Positions 27,931-38,379 of a DNA stretch of 64,000 bases are shown one piece after another (within the stretch, counting starts at the first letter, position 1; the number at the start of each line of letters is the position of its first letter). The translations under genes and the position numbers were made by a program. Under the pieces are notes generated by a model. That model saw nothing but the letters and a program-made list of their open reading frames with translations, had not been told where the DNA came from and searched no databases. Location of the stretch: contig CAVUQF010000002.1 of NCBI GenBank assembly GCA_963743615.1, forward strand, positions 129,697 to 193,696. The letters are read 5' to 3'. Origin of the DNA: an uncultured Nanoarchaeota archaeon. Lineage in GTDB: Archaea; Nanobdellota; Nanobdellia; Pacearchaeales; GW2011-AR1.

Positions 27931-29151
27931 ATGAAGAAGCCATCTCGCGCTAAAGGAATTATAGCCTCCTTAGGTTTAATAGTTGGAGGATCATTGCACG
28001 GACAAAGTTCTGCTGTTCCCTTACCCGCTCCAATATATAGAACAAATGACGGAGTTTTTGCTACGCCTGAAAAACTTCCTTTTTCTAAAGATAGAGAATA
28101 TTCACTAAGATCTCTTTTGGGTGATGGAAAGGATGCTAGCTTTTATGCTATGGATCCTGTGGTTTTAATCAAGGGTAAAATAAACTTCTTGGAAGGAAAT
28201 AGTCCTGAAGTGAAAAAACATTATACTGATGATGCAAGACAGCGTGAGATAAGAGAGTGCGAATCTCTTTTAACGCAAGTAGGAAATGAAAAAAGAGATC
28301 CGGGATATGCCCAATCTTTGAAAAATCTTGATGATGCAGTAAAGGATGGAATAATCACTCCCAAAGAGATGAAAGGCCTTGAGCAAAATGTTACTTACGG
28401 GATTGGCGAACGAGGCAAGAATTTTGATGCTCCAATGCTTGTATATTTTCCCTCACTAGAGCCAAAGCCGGACATTGAAAGTATTGTAGCGCCAAAAAAA
28501 ATAATTTATGATGAGGCAAAACAACCTCTACCCCTGCCAAAAATTCCAAAGGATCACGGAAAATCTCCACGATTAACGACTGAAGATGGCCCCGCACTGA
28601 TTTTTGGGGCAGAGACAGGAATTCCTTTTCAATATGGAGCAACAATAGGGGGAAAATGGAATAATCTAGCACTAACTTTAACTTTAGATAGAATTCCAGA
28701 TGAGAATATTATTAATATAAACAAGAGTCTAGGTGGAAATATTTCTTATATAGCCAGTGAGGATTATACTAATATTACCTCTATTACAGGCGCTGTTACT
28801 GGATATATCCCAATTACAAAAAGCCTTTCTCTGTCTGTTGGGCCATCATTTGGGGCAAAGATGTATACAAGAAAAGATACAGCCGCAATTGCGGACGTTA
28901 CAGATCCAAGCAATCCAGTATATATTAATCAGGGCAACGGCCCAATAACATCTTCTTATTTGCAAGAGCAGTGGGTATTAGGAGGAAATGTAGGTATGAA
29001 CCTTAGGGTAGGCCCATTTGGAATTAATCCTTATGTTGGATACAGGAGGGTATACGGAGAGGGTTTAACTGATCTGTTAAACGGTTCGGATGAATTTGTC
29101 GGAGGAGCTAACTTAATATTCTATCTTGGTAAAAGAAAGAGTGAAAAATGA
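27931..29151 (+). CDS. Secreted protein with bacterial-type Sec signal peptide and beta-barrel-like C-terminal region
   Basis: The signal peptide is MKKPSRAKGIIASLGLIVGGSLHG. The C-terminal roughly 180 aa show an alternating hydrophobic pattern (LALTLTLD, ISYIAS, LSLSVG, NLRVG, VGYRRVY). Local GC is about 43% by eye. Confidence 0.45.
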   Translation: MKKPSRAKGIIASLGLIVGGSLHGQSSAVPLPAPIYRTNDGVFATPEKLPFSKDREYSLRSLLGDGKDASFYAMDPVVLIKGKINFLEGNSPEVKKHYTDDARQREIRECESLLTQVGNEKRDPGYAQSLKNLDDAVKDGIITPKEMKGLEQNVTYGIGERGKNFDAPMLVYFPSLEPKPDIESIVAPKKIIYDEAKQPLPLPKIPKDHGKSPRLTTEDGPALIFGAETGIPFQYGATIGGKWNNLALTLTLDRIPDENIININKSLGGNISYIASEDYTNITSITGAVTGYIPITKSLSLSVGPSFGAKMYTRKDTAAIADVTDPSNPVYINQGNGPITSSYLQEQWVLGGNVGMNLRVGPFGINPYVGYRRVYGEGLTDLLNGSDEFVGGANLIFYLGKRKSEK

Positions 29152-30950
29152 ATTTTCTGAAATTTGCCTATGCGTTTACACTGGGAATAATTCTCATCGC
29201 TACGATTAGTGCAACTATTGTTACCGGAGGATTGTGGATTAATAATCAGCAAAGTATGAGCATAACCAGCGGGCAGAATGCAAACTTTAGTGCATATTTT
29301 GGGACAATTCCCTGGAATTCAATGACTGTAACTATAAAATTGTATGATGCAAATCATCACTTAATTTATACTTTTGAAAATAACAGAGCAATAAATTCGA
29401 ATACTTTTTCTAATACTTACTTGATAACTCCTGCAATCTATAAAAATGTCGGAGCTTACACTGTGGTTATTCAGGGAACGGATAATGATGGGACACAGTC
29501 ATACACACTAAGTCTTATTGTAAACCCCGTTCCAGATTCAATACCGGTAATATCTTCTTCTCCAATAACACAGGTTAATGAAGGAGCTGCATATTTATAT
29601 CAGGTAGTTGCATCTGATGCTGACGGAGATACTCTTGCTTATTCGCTTTCACAATCTCCATCATGGCTTTCAATAAATCCTTCAACAGGGCTTATATCAG
29701 GAACAGCACCATCAGTTACAGCAAACACAAATTACGCTGTTTCAGTAAATGTTTCAGACGGAGTTAACATTGTAACACAAAGCTACACTCTAACAGTAGA
29801 TTACATTGCTCCAGCAAATATTCCTCCGGTAATATCTTCTTCTCCAATAACACAGGTTAATGAAGGAGCTGCATATTTATATCAGGTAGTTGCATCTGAT
29901 GCTGACGGAGATACTCTTGCTTATTCGCTTTCACAATCTCCATCATGGCTTTCAATAAATCCTTCAACAGGGCTTATATCAGGAACAGCACCATCAGTTA
30001 CAGCAAACACAAATTACGCTGTTTCAGTAAATGTTTCAGACGGAGTTAACATTGTAACACAAAGCTACACTCTAACAGTAGATTACATTGCTCCGATTAT
30101 ATCTGATACAATTCCTCCAGTAGTTAATTTGATTTCTCCATCAAATAATTTTGATTCAAATAAGTCAATGCAGACATTTAATGCTAGTGCAACAGACAAT
30201 GTGGCCTTGTCAAATCTTACTTTATATATTTGGAACTCAACTGGCTTAGTATCTTCAAATACAAAATCAGTTACAGGAATTTCCAACTTAACTTCCTGGA
30301 TATTAAGTTTTGCTTCTGACGGGAATTATATCTGGAATGTTCTTGGTATGGATGCAGCAGGAAATGCCAATTGGAGCCAGCAGGGAAATTATACTCTTTT
30401 GATTGATACTACCTCTCCTCAGGTTCAGTTTGTTAACCCAACTCCAAGTGAAAATTCTGTTTTAACGTCTACAACCATCTCTGCAAATCTCACAGCCTTA
30501 GATCTTCTTAGCGGGCTGGACACTCTTAATATTTATCTTTATAACTCAACAAGCATAATAGGCAATGTAAGCAAGGATTCATCTCCATTTGCTTTCAATT
30601 TCATTAATCTTCAACCAGGGGTTTATTATCTTAATGCTACAGCAATGGACAACTTTGGAAATATGAATTCAACTCAGACACTAACTATTACTCTCCAGAG
30701 TTCTTCTCTCTCTCCTGAGACTCCGATTTCCTATTCAGCAAGCCCATACACTTATACAGATGTATACGGCCCCCAATATCCCCAGCAGCAGATAAATAAT
30801 AACGCTCCCTCTGAATCATCAACTGGAGAGGTATTACCTCAAACGCAGTCCTCTCAAGGATATGTTGTTGTATTAATAATTGGAACAATACTTATTGCAC
30901 TCGTTCTGATAGCAACAATTGTAATAGCTGCAAGAAGATTAAAGAGATGA
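29148..30950 (+). CDS. Surface protein with tandem He_PIG (putative Ig/dystroglycan-type cadherin-like) domains and C-terminal TM anchor
   Basis: An N-terminal signal/TM is followed by two identical He_PIG domains carrying the motif SLSQSPSWLSINPSTGLISGTAP. Further Ig-like modules follow, then an S/T/P/Q-rich stalk and a C-terminal TM (VVVLIIGTILIALVLIATIVIA) with an RRLKR tail. Confidence 0.6.
   Translation: MNFLKFAYAFTLGIILIATISATIVTGGLWINNQQSMSITSGQNANFSAYFGTIPWNSMTVTIKLYDANHHLIYTFENNRAINSNTFSNTYLITPAIYKNVGAYTVVIQGTDNDGTQSYTLSLIVNPVPDSIPVISSSPITQVNEGAAYLYQVVASDADGDTLAYSLSQSPSWLSINPSTGLISGTAPSVTANTNYAVSVNVSDGVNIVTQSYTLTVDYIAPANIPPVISSSPITQVNEGAAYLYQVVASDADGDTLAYSLSQSPSWLSINPSTGLISGTAPSVTANTNYAVSVNVSDGVNIVTQSYTLTVDYIAPIISDTIPPVVNLISPSNNFDSNKSMQTFNASATDNVALSNLTLYIWNSTGLVSSNTKSVTGISNLTSWILSFASDGNYIWNVLGMDAAGNANWSQQGNYTLLIDTTSPQVQFVNPTPSENSVLTSTTISANLTALDLLSGLDTLNIYLYNSTSIIGNVSKDSSPFAFNFINLQPGVYYLNATAMDNFGNMNSTQTLTITLQSSSLSPETPISYSASPYTYTDVYGPQYPQQQINNNAPSESSTGEVLPQTQSSQGYVVVLIIGTILIALVLIATIVIAARRLKR
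29544..30094 (+). repeat. Perfect tandem duplication inside a surface-protein gene
   Basis: A 269-nt unit is repeated twice with a 282-nt period (94 aa) and is 100% identical by direct comparison. Copy 1 is 29544-29812 and copy 2 is 29826-30094. Confidence 0.9.
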
Positions 30951-30951
30951 A

Positions 30952-32550
30952 TTAGTAATCGTTCATATTGAGGTGTGTATCGCTTTTTTTGCCCTTTGAT
31001 CCTGCGATAACATCGTCTATTCTCAATATCATTATTGCAACTTCGCTCGCGGAATTTATTGCCTGGCTTTTTATCTTTGATGGTTCAACTATTCTTGCCT
31101 TCAATGTATCCTCAATCTTGTTTGTAAATAGATTAAGGCCAATGTTTTTCTGTCCAGAATCATGAAGAAATTTAAGTTCGGTAAGAATATCAATTTGATC
31201 AAGCCCAGCGTTTTCAGCAAGTGTTAAAGGGATAAATTCTAAAGCTGATGCAAATTCATCAACTGCAAGCTGCTCTCTTCCACTAAGTGTCTGCCCAAAC
31301 TGCCTAAGTCTTCTCGCAAGTTCAATCTCTACAGCCCCTCCTCCGGGAACAATTTTTCCGGAATTTAAGCAGCAGATAACATCTCCAAGCCCATCCTTCA
31401 TCGCCCTCTCAATCTCATCAATAACATGCTCACTTCCTCCATGAATTAAAATGGTCATTGATTTTGGATTCTGGCATCCCTTTACATAAGTCAGAACTGA
31501 ATCTCCATGCTTTTTCTCCTCGACAACATCAGCATTTCCTAGCTCTTGAGAGCTCAATTCATTAAGATTATTTACAATTTTAGCTTTTGTTGCCTTTGAG
31601 ATTTTTTCCATATCATCTTTTGCAACTCTTCTGCATGCAAATATACCTTCCTTTGAAAGCAGATACTCCGCAAAATCGTCAATTCCTTTCTGGCAGAATA
31701 CGACATTAGCTCCTGAAGATTTTATCTTGTTAATCATGGATTTTATTGACTCTTCTTCCTGTTCAATGAAGCTTCTCAATTGTTCAGGAGAAGATATTGA
31801 AACCTTAGTATCAATTTCAGGATTCTTTAACTCGAGAGGGAATCCAACAAGGGCAATTTTTGCATTCTTCACAAAAGAGGGCATGTCATGTGAAATTTTT
31901 TCTTTTTCAAATACAATCCCGGAGATCAATTCGCTATCCTTTATTCCGTCACCTTTTACTTTTTCGATTTTAATATCTTTTATATCAACTTTGCCATTTT
32001 CCTGAATTTGCTTCACTGCTTTTACAAGAATCTCTGCGAATCTTTCCCTTGAATCTTCGGCCCCTTTTCCAGTCATTGCGGTCATGGCAATCTGCTTAAG
32101 AATATTTTCATCTTGAGGAGTTATTTTTATGGAGATATCATTGAGTATTTTTTGGGACTTTTCTGCTGCAAGCCTGTATCCTTTGGTTATAACAGTAGGG
32201 TGTATCTTTTGATCGAGAAGTTTTTCAGCATTTTCAAGAAGTTTTCCTGCAATCATGACTGCCGTTGTTGTTCCATCTCCTATCTCGTCCTCCTGTGTTC
32301 TTGCGATTTCCACCATCATCTTTGCAGCGGGATGCTCTATCTGCATTTCTTCAAGAATTGTAACTCCATCATTAGTGATGATAATTTCATCTGTAGGGGA
32401 GACAATCATTTTATCCATTCCTTTGGGTCCAAGAGTCGTTTTTACAACCTCTGCAACCATTCTTGCAGCCTGAATATTATTCCTTTGTGCATCCTTTCCT
32501 ATAAGTCTTTGAATATCTTCTGGCATTAATACAATTGGTTTATCTGTCAT
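30952..32550 (-). CDS. ths: Thermosome subunit (group II chaperonin)
   Basis: The motifs [20 protein letters not shown] and GDGTTTAV are present, along with a C-terminal Gly/Met-poor tail. The protein is 532 aa. Confidence 0.9.
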   Translation of the reverse strand: MTDKPIVLMPEDIQRLIGKDAQRNNIQAARMVAEVVKTTLGPKGMDKMIVSPTDEIIITNDGVTILEEMQIEHPAAKMMVEIARTQEDEIGDGTTTAVMIAGKLLENAEKLLDQKIHPTVITKGYRLAAEKSQKILNDISIKITPQDENILKQIAMTAMTGKGAEDSRERFAEILVKAVKQIQENGKVDIKDIKIEKVKGDGIKDSELISGIVFEKEKISHDMPSFVKNAKIALVGFPLELKNPEIDTKVSISSPEQLRSFIEQEEESIKSMINKIKSSGANVVFCQKGIDDFAEYLLSKEGIFACRRVAKDDMEKISKATKAKIVNNLNELSSQELGNADVVEEKKHGDSVLTYVKGCQNPKSMTILIHGGSEHVIDEIERAMKDGLGDVICCLNSGKIVPGGGAVEIELARRLRQFGQTLSGREQLAVDEFASALEFIPLTLAENAGLDQIDILTELKFLHDSGQKNIGLNLFTNKIEDTLKARIVEPSKIKSQAINSASEVAIMILRIDDVIAGSKGKKSDTHLNMNDY

Positions 32551-32692
32551 TTTTAAGATTCTGCTATGTAGTAATCCCCAATGTTCTCTATTTAAGAATT
32601 ATTGTAGTGAAAAATATCCGAACAGGAATATCTGCACACGCTTCTTTAATACAGGAGAATATTTAAATAATCTCCCTATCTTTTATAAAAAG

Positions 32693-33202
32693 ATGGCTGA
32701 AGAAGAAACAATTTTTTCAAGCAAGGTGAAATATGATGGAATTTTCACGTTCAAGGATTTCTATAAGTTTTGCTACGATTGGCTTACTGAAGAAACAGGA
32801 CTAAATGAATTTTCTGAAGGGAAGTATGCAGAGAAGTTAACAGGAGATATAAAAAACATAGATATCGAGTGGGAAGGTATGAAAAAGATTACGGATTATT
32901 TCAAAGCAAAGGTCAAGATAGTATTTGCAATAAAGAATTTAGCTCAGATTAAAATAAAGAAAGAAGGAATTGAAGTTGATGCAAATAAGGGAAGTGTCGA
33001 GATAAAAGTTAAGGGGATAATTATAACGGATTATCAGGGAAAGTTTGAAATGACTGCATTCAAGAAATTTTTAAGAAGTATTTATGAAAAATATGTGATC
33101 GTTTCGATGGTTAAGGAAATGAAGAGGAGAATCGTGGAAGATTGCGACGAATTTTTGGGTCAGGCAAAGGCGTATCTGGATTTAGAAGGAAGAAAAGGAT
33201 AA
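32693..33202 (+). CDS. Hypothetical protein
   Basis: A 169-aa ORF with no recognised motif. Confidence 0.4.
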   Translation: MAEEETIFSSKVKYDGIFTFKDFYKFCYDWLTEETGLNEFSEGKYAEKLTGDIKNIDIEWEGMKKITDYFKAKVKIVFAIKNLAQIKIKKEGIEVDANKGSVEIKVKGIIITDYQGKFEMTAFKKFLRSIYEKYVIVSMVKEMKRRIVEDCDEFLGQAKAYLDLEGRKG

Positions 33203-33248
33203 ATTTTCATACCGAAATACTTAAATAGAAATATTTTGTAGTTTTCAC

Positions 33249-34628
33249 ATGAAAAAGGTGATTTTACTGTTTTGTTTGGCTGTTTTCATTCTTCCAGCGA
33301 TATATGCATTGGACCTTAATGTGACCACAAACAGTACAAATGTTGTTCTTATAAATAATGTTAATGAACCCGCAGTCTTTAATTTACAGGTTACAAACAA
33401 TGGAATGCCGGATAATCTTCAATTTTATAATCTCCTTGGATTTAACATGTTCCCGGAAGGGACTGTGCCAATTCAGTTGGGTCAAACTATAAATGTTCCC
33501 CTTATGATTTATCCAAGACCTGATTTAAACTACAACGGATTCTATATTTTCAATTATATTATCCAGGGGCAGGCCGGTGACCAGCTTCCAGAGTCAGTTA
33601 ATTTCAAGATAATAAATCTGCAGGATGCATTTAACATTGGTGCCTCCGAAATTGATCCACAATCTGATTCGATAACGATTTTTCTAAAGAACAATGTAAA
33701 TTTTAATTTTGCAAATATCAATGCTACTTTCAATTCCCCATTCTTCACAGATTCTGAAAAGTTTTCACTTGCTCCTTACGAGGAAAAGGATTTTCAAATT
33801 ACACTTAATAAGGATCAGTTCAAAAGCTTGCTTGCAGGATTTTACACACTATCCTCAGAAATAACAACTGGGGGACAAACAGTAACAGTTCAGGGAAACA
33901 TAAACTTTTCCGAGAAAAATATACTTAATGTAAGCCAGAATACAAAGGGATTTTTGATACTTACAATGTTGATGCAGAAGACGAATAATGGAAATGTGGT
34001 CGTAAATTCTCAAACTGTAATAAAAAAGAATATTATCTCTAGACTTTTTACGACATTTAGCCCTGAACCAGACATGGTAAACCGACAGGGATTGCTCGTT
34101 TATTATACTTGGGAAAACCAGATAGAACCTGGAGACACTTTAACTATAACTACAACAACGAATTGGCTTCTTCCTTTGTTCATAGTCTTATTTGTCATAG
34201 CAATAATTATCCTTGTAAAACAATACTCTAAGACCGCACTAAGCCTTGAGAAGAGAGTGTCATATGTGAGAGCAAAAGGTGGAGAATTTGCCTTAAGAGT
34301 TAATGTCACGGTAAAGGCAAGGAAGTTTGTTGAAAAAGTTACGGTTACAGAGAGACTTCCTCTTCTTGTAAAACTTTATGAAAAATTCGGAGCAGAGAAG
34401 CCAGTAAGAATAGATGAAAAGAGCAGAAGAATTGAATGGCACTTTGATAAACTCCTTCCAGGAGAAATGAGAACTTTAAGTTATATAATTTATTCGAAAG
34501 TTGGAGTATTGGGGAGATTTGCCCTTCCAGTAGCAAGAGCTGTTTACCAGAGAGAGGGAAAAGTTTACGAAGCCGGATCAAATCAAGCTTTCCTTGTAAC
34601 AGAGCAAAGTGTTAGGGAAGAAAAGTAG
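33249..34628 (+). CDS. Membrane-anchored secreted protein, hypothetical
   Basis: A signal peptide (MKKVILLFCLAVFILPAIYA) and a large ectodomain with sequons are followed by a TM (LLPLFIVLFVIAIIILV) and a roughly 140-aa cytoplasmic tail. Confidence 0.5.
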   Translation: MKKVILLFCLAVFILPAIYALDLNVTTNSTNVVLINNVNEPAVFNLQVTNNGMPDNLQFYNLLGFNMFPEGTVPIQLGQTINVPLMIYPRPDLNYNGFYIFNYIIQGQAGDQLPESVNFKIINLQDAFNIGASEIDPQSDSITIFLKNNVNFNFANINATFNSPFFTDSEKFSLAPYEEKDFQITLNKDQFKSLLAGFYTLSSEITTGGQTVTVQGNINFSEKNILNVSQNTKGFLILTMLMQKTNNGNVVVNSQTVIKKNIISRLFTTFSPEPDMVNRQGLLVYYTWENQIEPGDTLTITTTTNWLLPLFIVLFVIAIIILVKQYSKTALSLEKRVSYVRAKGGEFALRVNVTVKARKFVEKVTVTERLPLLVKLYEKFGAEKPVRIDEKSRRIEWHFDKLLPGEMRTLSYIIYSKVGVLGRFALPVARAVYQREGKVYEAGSNQAFLVTEQSVREEK

Positions 34629-34680
34629 ATACTAAGCTTTTATAAGAATCTTTAAAATATGTTATAGTTACTTCTGATAT

Positions 34681-34705
34681 CCCTGCATAGCTCAGGGAAT
34701 GATCT
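34681..34705 (+). repeat. Degenerate copy of tRNA-Tyr 5' end (old att remnant)
   Basis: CCCTGCATAGCTCAGGGAA matches the CCCCGCATAGCTCAG of tRNA-Tyr at 40783 with one mismatch. It cannot be folded into a full tRNA. Confidence 0.5.
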
Positions 34706-35018
34706 CTAAAATAGCATATATAGGATAATGGTCCGACGCCTTCTTAGAGTTAAATTTCATATAATTTTAATCTCTCAATTATATATAAAATCTTAGCTGA
34801 TTATAATATTTATCAAGATGGTTCCAAAAACTATCAAAATCCAAACTTTTAAATATAAATTTGTTAACTAGATATAGTTTTAAGGCATTAAAAATACCCA
34901 AAACTTAATAACTGACAACCCCATAAGTTGCCAAATCAAATCCCCGCATAGCTCAAGGGAACACATATTACAAACCTTATGCGGTTAGTTTTATAAAGAC
35001 TAAATCCTCTTTTATCCT

Positions 35019-36179
35019 ATGCTTAAAGAATATCCTCAATTCAAGAAAGGAGAAGTAGAAGAAGTTTATAGCAGACTCTCAAAATCTGAAAAGGAATTAT
35101 TGAAAGATTATCTGACTTATAGAAAAGCCAGAGGGTTAAAATCGGATGACAAGGTTAATGATGTAAGAAGATATATACTTCACTTAAGGTATATTTTTGA
35201 TAAGGATTTCAAAAAAGTTGATTTGAAAGACTTGAGAGAGATCCTCTCAATTATTAATAGCTCCAAATTATCCGGTAATGTCAAGAACCATATTAAAACA
35301 GACTTGCAGAATTTCTTAAAATATCTGTTTCCTGATTGGAGTATTAAGTTTTCTAATTTTGATGATGTAAGATTGGGAACTTCCCGAAATGAAGAAAAGA
35401 TAAATTCTTCTACAATTTTCAGCAAAGAAGATATAGAAAATTTAATGAAGCACGAAACTTCTCTTTTTTGGAAAGCCTTTTTAATGCTACAATATGAGGG
35501 AGGACTAAGAACTATTGAAGCTCGAACTATTGAATGGAACAAGATCAAATTAGATGTTGATAAGGGAATTTCTGAAATAAATGTCTTTGCTTCCAAAACA
35601 GAACACGCTCGAACTATATTTGTTAAAGAAGCTACTTATTATTTGCAGAGGTTAAAAGAAGAGCAAGAGAATACTAAGGATAAAGGAATTTATGTTTTTC
35701 ATTCTAAGTCCGATAAAAATAAGCCGATAGATAAAGGCTCGGTTTCTATATGGTTTAGAAATCTAACAATGAAAGCATTAGGGCGTGAAGGCTGGGCTTA
35801 CTTGCTTAGACATTCAAGAGCTACGGAACTCTATAAATTGGCTGATGAGAACAAGATATCCAAAGAAACTGCAATAAAATTTATGGGACACTCTAAGGAT
35901 ATGAGCGCAACTTACACGCATTTGAATAAAAAAGATGTTGAGGATATGCTGAAAAACCAAGTCTATCATATCGAGGAATTAAGTCCTAAAGAAGAAAACA
36001 AGTTAAAGAAAATAGAGAAAGAACTTTCTGAACTTAAAGAAAAGCAAAAATTAGTAGATAAATTCTTAGAAGAAATGAAGCCTTTTCTCGAAGCTAAAAG
36101 AAAAGTTATTAATGGAAAAGAATATTTAGTAATGCCTCCACAAAAGAGGGCTAATAAAGAGGGGGAGAAGAATGGCTGA
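35019..36179 (+). CDS. int: Tyrosine recombinase/integrase (intact, not partitioned)
   Basis: The catalytic C-terminal region contains LLRHSRAT and GHS..ATYTHL (R-H-R-Y residues). An N-terminal SAM-like region is present. Confidence 0.8.
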   Translation: MLKEYPQFKKGEVEEVYSRLSKSEKELLKDYLTYRKARGLKSDDKVNDVRRYILHLRYIFDKDFKKVDLKDLREILSIINSSKLSGNVKNHIKTDLQNFLKYLFPDWSIKFSNFDDVRLGTSRNEEKINSSTIFSKEDIENLMKHETSLFWKAFLMLQYEGGLRTIEARTIEWNKIKLDVDKGISEINVFASKTEHARTIFVKEATYYLQRLKEEQENTKDKGIYVFHSKSDKNKPIDKGSVSIWFRNLTMKALGREGWAYLLRHSRATELYKLADENKISKETAIKFMGHSKDMSATYTHLNKKDVEDMLKNQVYHIEELSPKEENKLKKIEKELSELKEKQKLVDKFLEEMKPFLEAKRKVINGKEYLVMPPQKRANKEGEKNG

Positions 36180-36381
36180 AAGAAATGATAATACGCTCAT
36201 TGGAGGAATAATAGCCTTGTTTATAGGAATAATCTTAGCCTTGGCTTTTTTTCCTATAATAACAAATTCCAATGGTCAAGAAACAGGAACATTTTCAGTA
36301 ACTAACCAGACGTTCAACATAACATCTGCTTACAATGCTACGGGAGTAATTCCCAATAGCACGATACTAACGCGCTCTTGA
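36172..36381 (+). CDS. Small membrane/pilin-like glycoprotein (possibly the 5' part of a frameshifted gene)
   Basis: A hydrophobic N-terminal stretch (LIGGIIALFIGIILALAFFPII) is followed by an N-x-T-rich region. The next ORF (36378..36593, TTG start) continues in the +1 frame with similar composition. Confidence 0.3.
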   Translation: MAERNDNTLIGGIIALFIGIILALAFFPIITNSNGQETGTFSVTNQTFNITSAYNATGVIPNSTILTRS

Positions 36382-37290
36382 CCTTGAATGGAGCAAACGT
36401 TCAGGGAGGTTTCTCCAATATTTTTGTAGGAAACCAGACTAGAAATATAACCAGTGGAGATTATACTGTAACCGAACCAACAACAATAGGGCAGAACGGA
36501 TATATCCAAATCCTGAATACTTCAATAACTAACGGACTTGGAAACGGCTCTTTGATATCATTATGGTATCAGTATAATATGGTTGGTAATTGACTCTCGT
36601 TCTGAATTATCTCAAAAAGTGAGAGTTAGCAAAAAGAGGCTTTTAAGTCTTGTAGATTTTGAATTTTGAACAGCATGCAGGGGATTATGCCAAATCAAAC
36701 GGGCGTATATTTAGTTTCAAATTTGTTCGTTAATATTGCCAGATAATTCGGGGGGGGGTTTGTTTTTCCATCCTATGAACTCCTTTGGTTTTTTTCTCTT
36801 CTTGCCTTCTTTCGTTCCCTCGAAGATATCATACATTCGATTTATCTTCTCGCTTGATGAAAGCTCTTCTTTTGGTTCTTTTTCATCTTTGTTATGATCT
36901 ATTATTTCCTTCTCTCAGAAGCTCAGCGCAGACTGCTCGCTGTTTCCACCTCCTTTTTTATGGAACCACCCCTTGTTCTCTTTTTGATCTATCTTTCCAG
37001 GCAGCCTTGCCTGAAGGCTCTTTCTTTCGGATATTGCAAGCATAAGCAGGAATCTTCCTTAGCTCCATTACTTCTTTTAGGACGCCTTGATTATTGTTCC
37101 AGGCAGAGGCGAAGCTCTGCTCAGTTACATTTTCTTCCATACTATGAGTGTTAAATCAATATTAGCAACCATCAATAACAGCATTTTACTGCAACCTCCT
37201 CCTTTCACCAATCTTTCGCCATAAAATTCCATATCCTCTTCCCGAATTTTGTCAAGTAAACCTGCTAAAAAAAAATTATTTTGCTCCATC

Positions 37291-37581
37291 CTATTGAATT
37301 TTCCTCAGGTTTTTGATTGTTTGATCCAGTTCGCCTGCTGCAATGCGGAGATGTGAAAGCCAGGAGATATCCTGGCGCAAATCCGGGGTAGTTATCTTCC
37401 GAATTGTTTCCCGGGCGGATTTTATTATGACTAAATTTTCTTCAGCACAAGAAATATAATTTTCTAGTTCCTCACCTTCTACTTCTTCTGGCTCGGCCAA
37501 TAAATCAGAGTTTATAGCTTCTGGGATTTGAGGTTCTTCAGACATCTCTAAATCCCCCACTTTTGATACAGGCTGCAACAT
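37291..37581 (-). CDS. Hypothetical acidic protein (element cargo)
   Basis: A 96-aa ORF. Confidence 0.35.
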   Translation of the reverse strand: MLQPVSKVGDLEMSEEPQIPEAINSDLLAEPEEVEGEELENYISCAEENLVIIKSARETIRKITTPDLRQDISWLSHLRIAAGELDQTIKNLRKIQ

Positions 37582-37710
37582 AACGGATTATTCTTTTGGA
37601 GATTGAGATAAATTCAGAGCTAAATCCGGCATTCAATAATTCCTGATAACCACAGCCATTTTCAATAGCCCTAATGCAATTAAGGACCCTTTCGGGAGAG
37701 CTTAAATCAT

Positions 37711-38379
37711 TCATTTTAGAGCCTCCTCCATTTCTGCAATAGAATTATAGCCCAAAAGTTTAGCCTGTTCTAACTTTAAGTCATCTAAAGAGTTAGACGG
37801 ATTAGACACTTCTGTTTTTATTATATCTAATGACTCCTTATATATATGACCATTACTCATATTATTTTTAGATGTGTCTAAAGTGTCTAATTTCTTCTTC
37901 CATTCTGACTTTAAGATTACATTATCCCAAAATCGAATTTTTTCATTTGCTTTAGGAACTAAATAAGTAATTTTCGTGTTTAATCTCCGACCTAATTGCT
38001 CTTTGCTTAAAAGCGGCTTTTTATTTTCGTTAGCCCATAAAGAATAAACTAAATACATTTCTTCTTTAGTTATCTTTTTGGTTTTCATCATTTCCAAACA
38101 TTCTGCCCCAAACTGAATTAAAGGATCTCCCGACATTTCCATAATTGTTTTTACTTCTTCGGGAGTTTTTTTATAAGAAAATTCCCCTTCTTCTAAAAGT
38201 CGATACAATCCCTCCAAAGCCCAATTAAGAATTCCTGAAAGTTCTTTTTTTATTTTGTCATTCAAAAATAAATCTTTTTTTTCAGGCAGATTGTCATATC
38301 TCAAAACTATCCAGCGGGAATAATAAGCCATATCATCATTATCTTTAACAGGGGGAATTTTGTTTGTGGCAAAAGTCAA
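37711..38379 (-). CDS. D5/P4-family primase-helicase, C-terminal part (continuation in another frame)
   Basis: The ORF begins with a TTG. The motif RWIVLRYDN is typical of the region downstream of the SF3/D5 ATPase core. Its frame is open upstream and overlaps the previous ORF. Confidence 0.55.
   Translation of the reverse strand: MTFATNKIPPVKDNDDMAYYSRWIVLRYDNLPEKKDLFLNDKIKKELSGILNWALEGLYRLLEEGEFSYKKTPEEVKTIMEMSGDPLIQFGAECLEMMKTKKITKEEMYLVYSLWANENKKPLLSKEQLGRRLNTKITYLVPKANEKIRFWDNVILKSEWKKKLDTLDTSKNNMSNGHIYKESLDIIKTEVSNPSNSLDDLKLEQAKLLGYNSIAEMEEALK

Noticed and set aside
34681-34750. A third complete tRNA upstream of the integrase
   Set aside because: Only the first roughly 19 nt match a tRNA 5' end. 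The D-stem partner and T-arm cannot be formed, so it was interpreted as an att remnant.
36378-36593. Independent gene for the 71-aa TTG-initiated ORF
   Set aside because: It lacks a canonical start and continues the composition of 36172..36381 in the +1 frame. It is more likely the distal part of a frameshifted pilin-like gene than a separate gene.
36785-37154. Plus-strand 86-aa ORFs in the element's decayed region
   Set aside because: They have no start context or motifs and overlap each other. The region looks non-coding or degraded.
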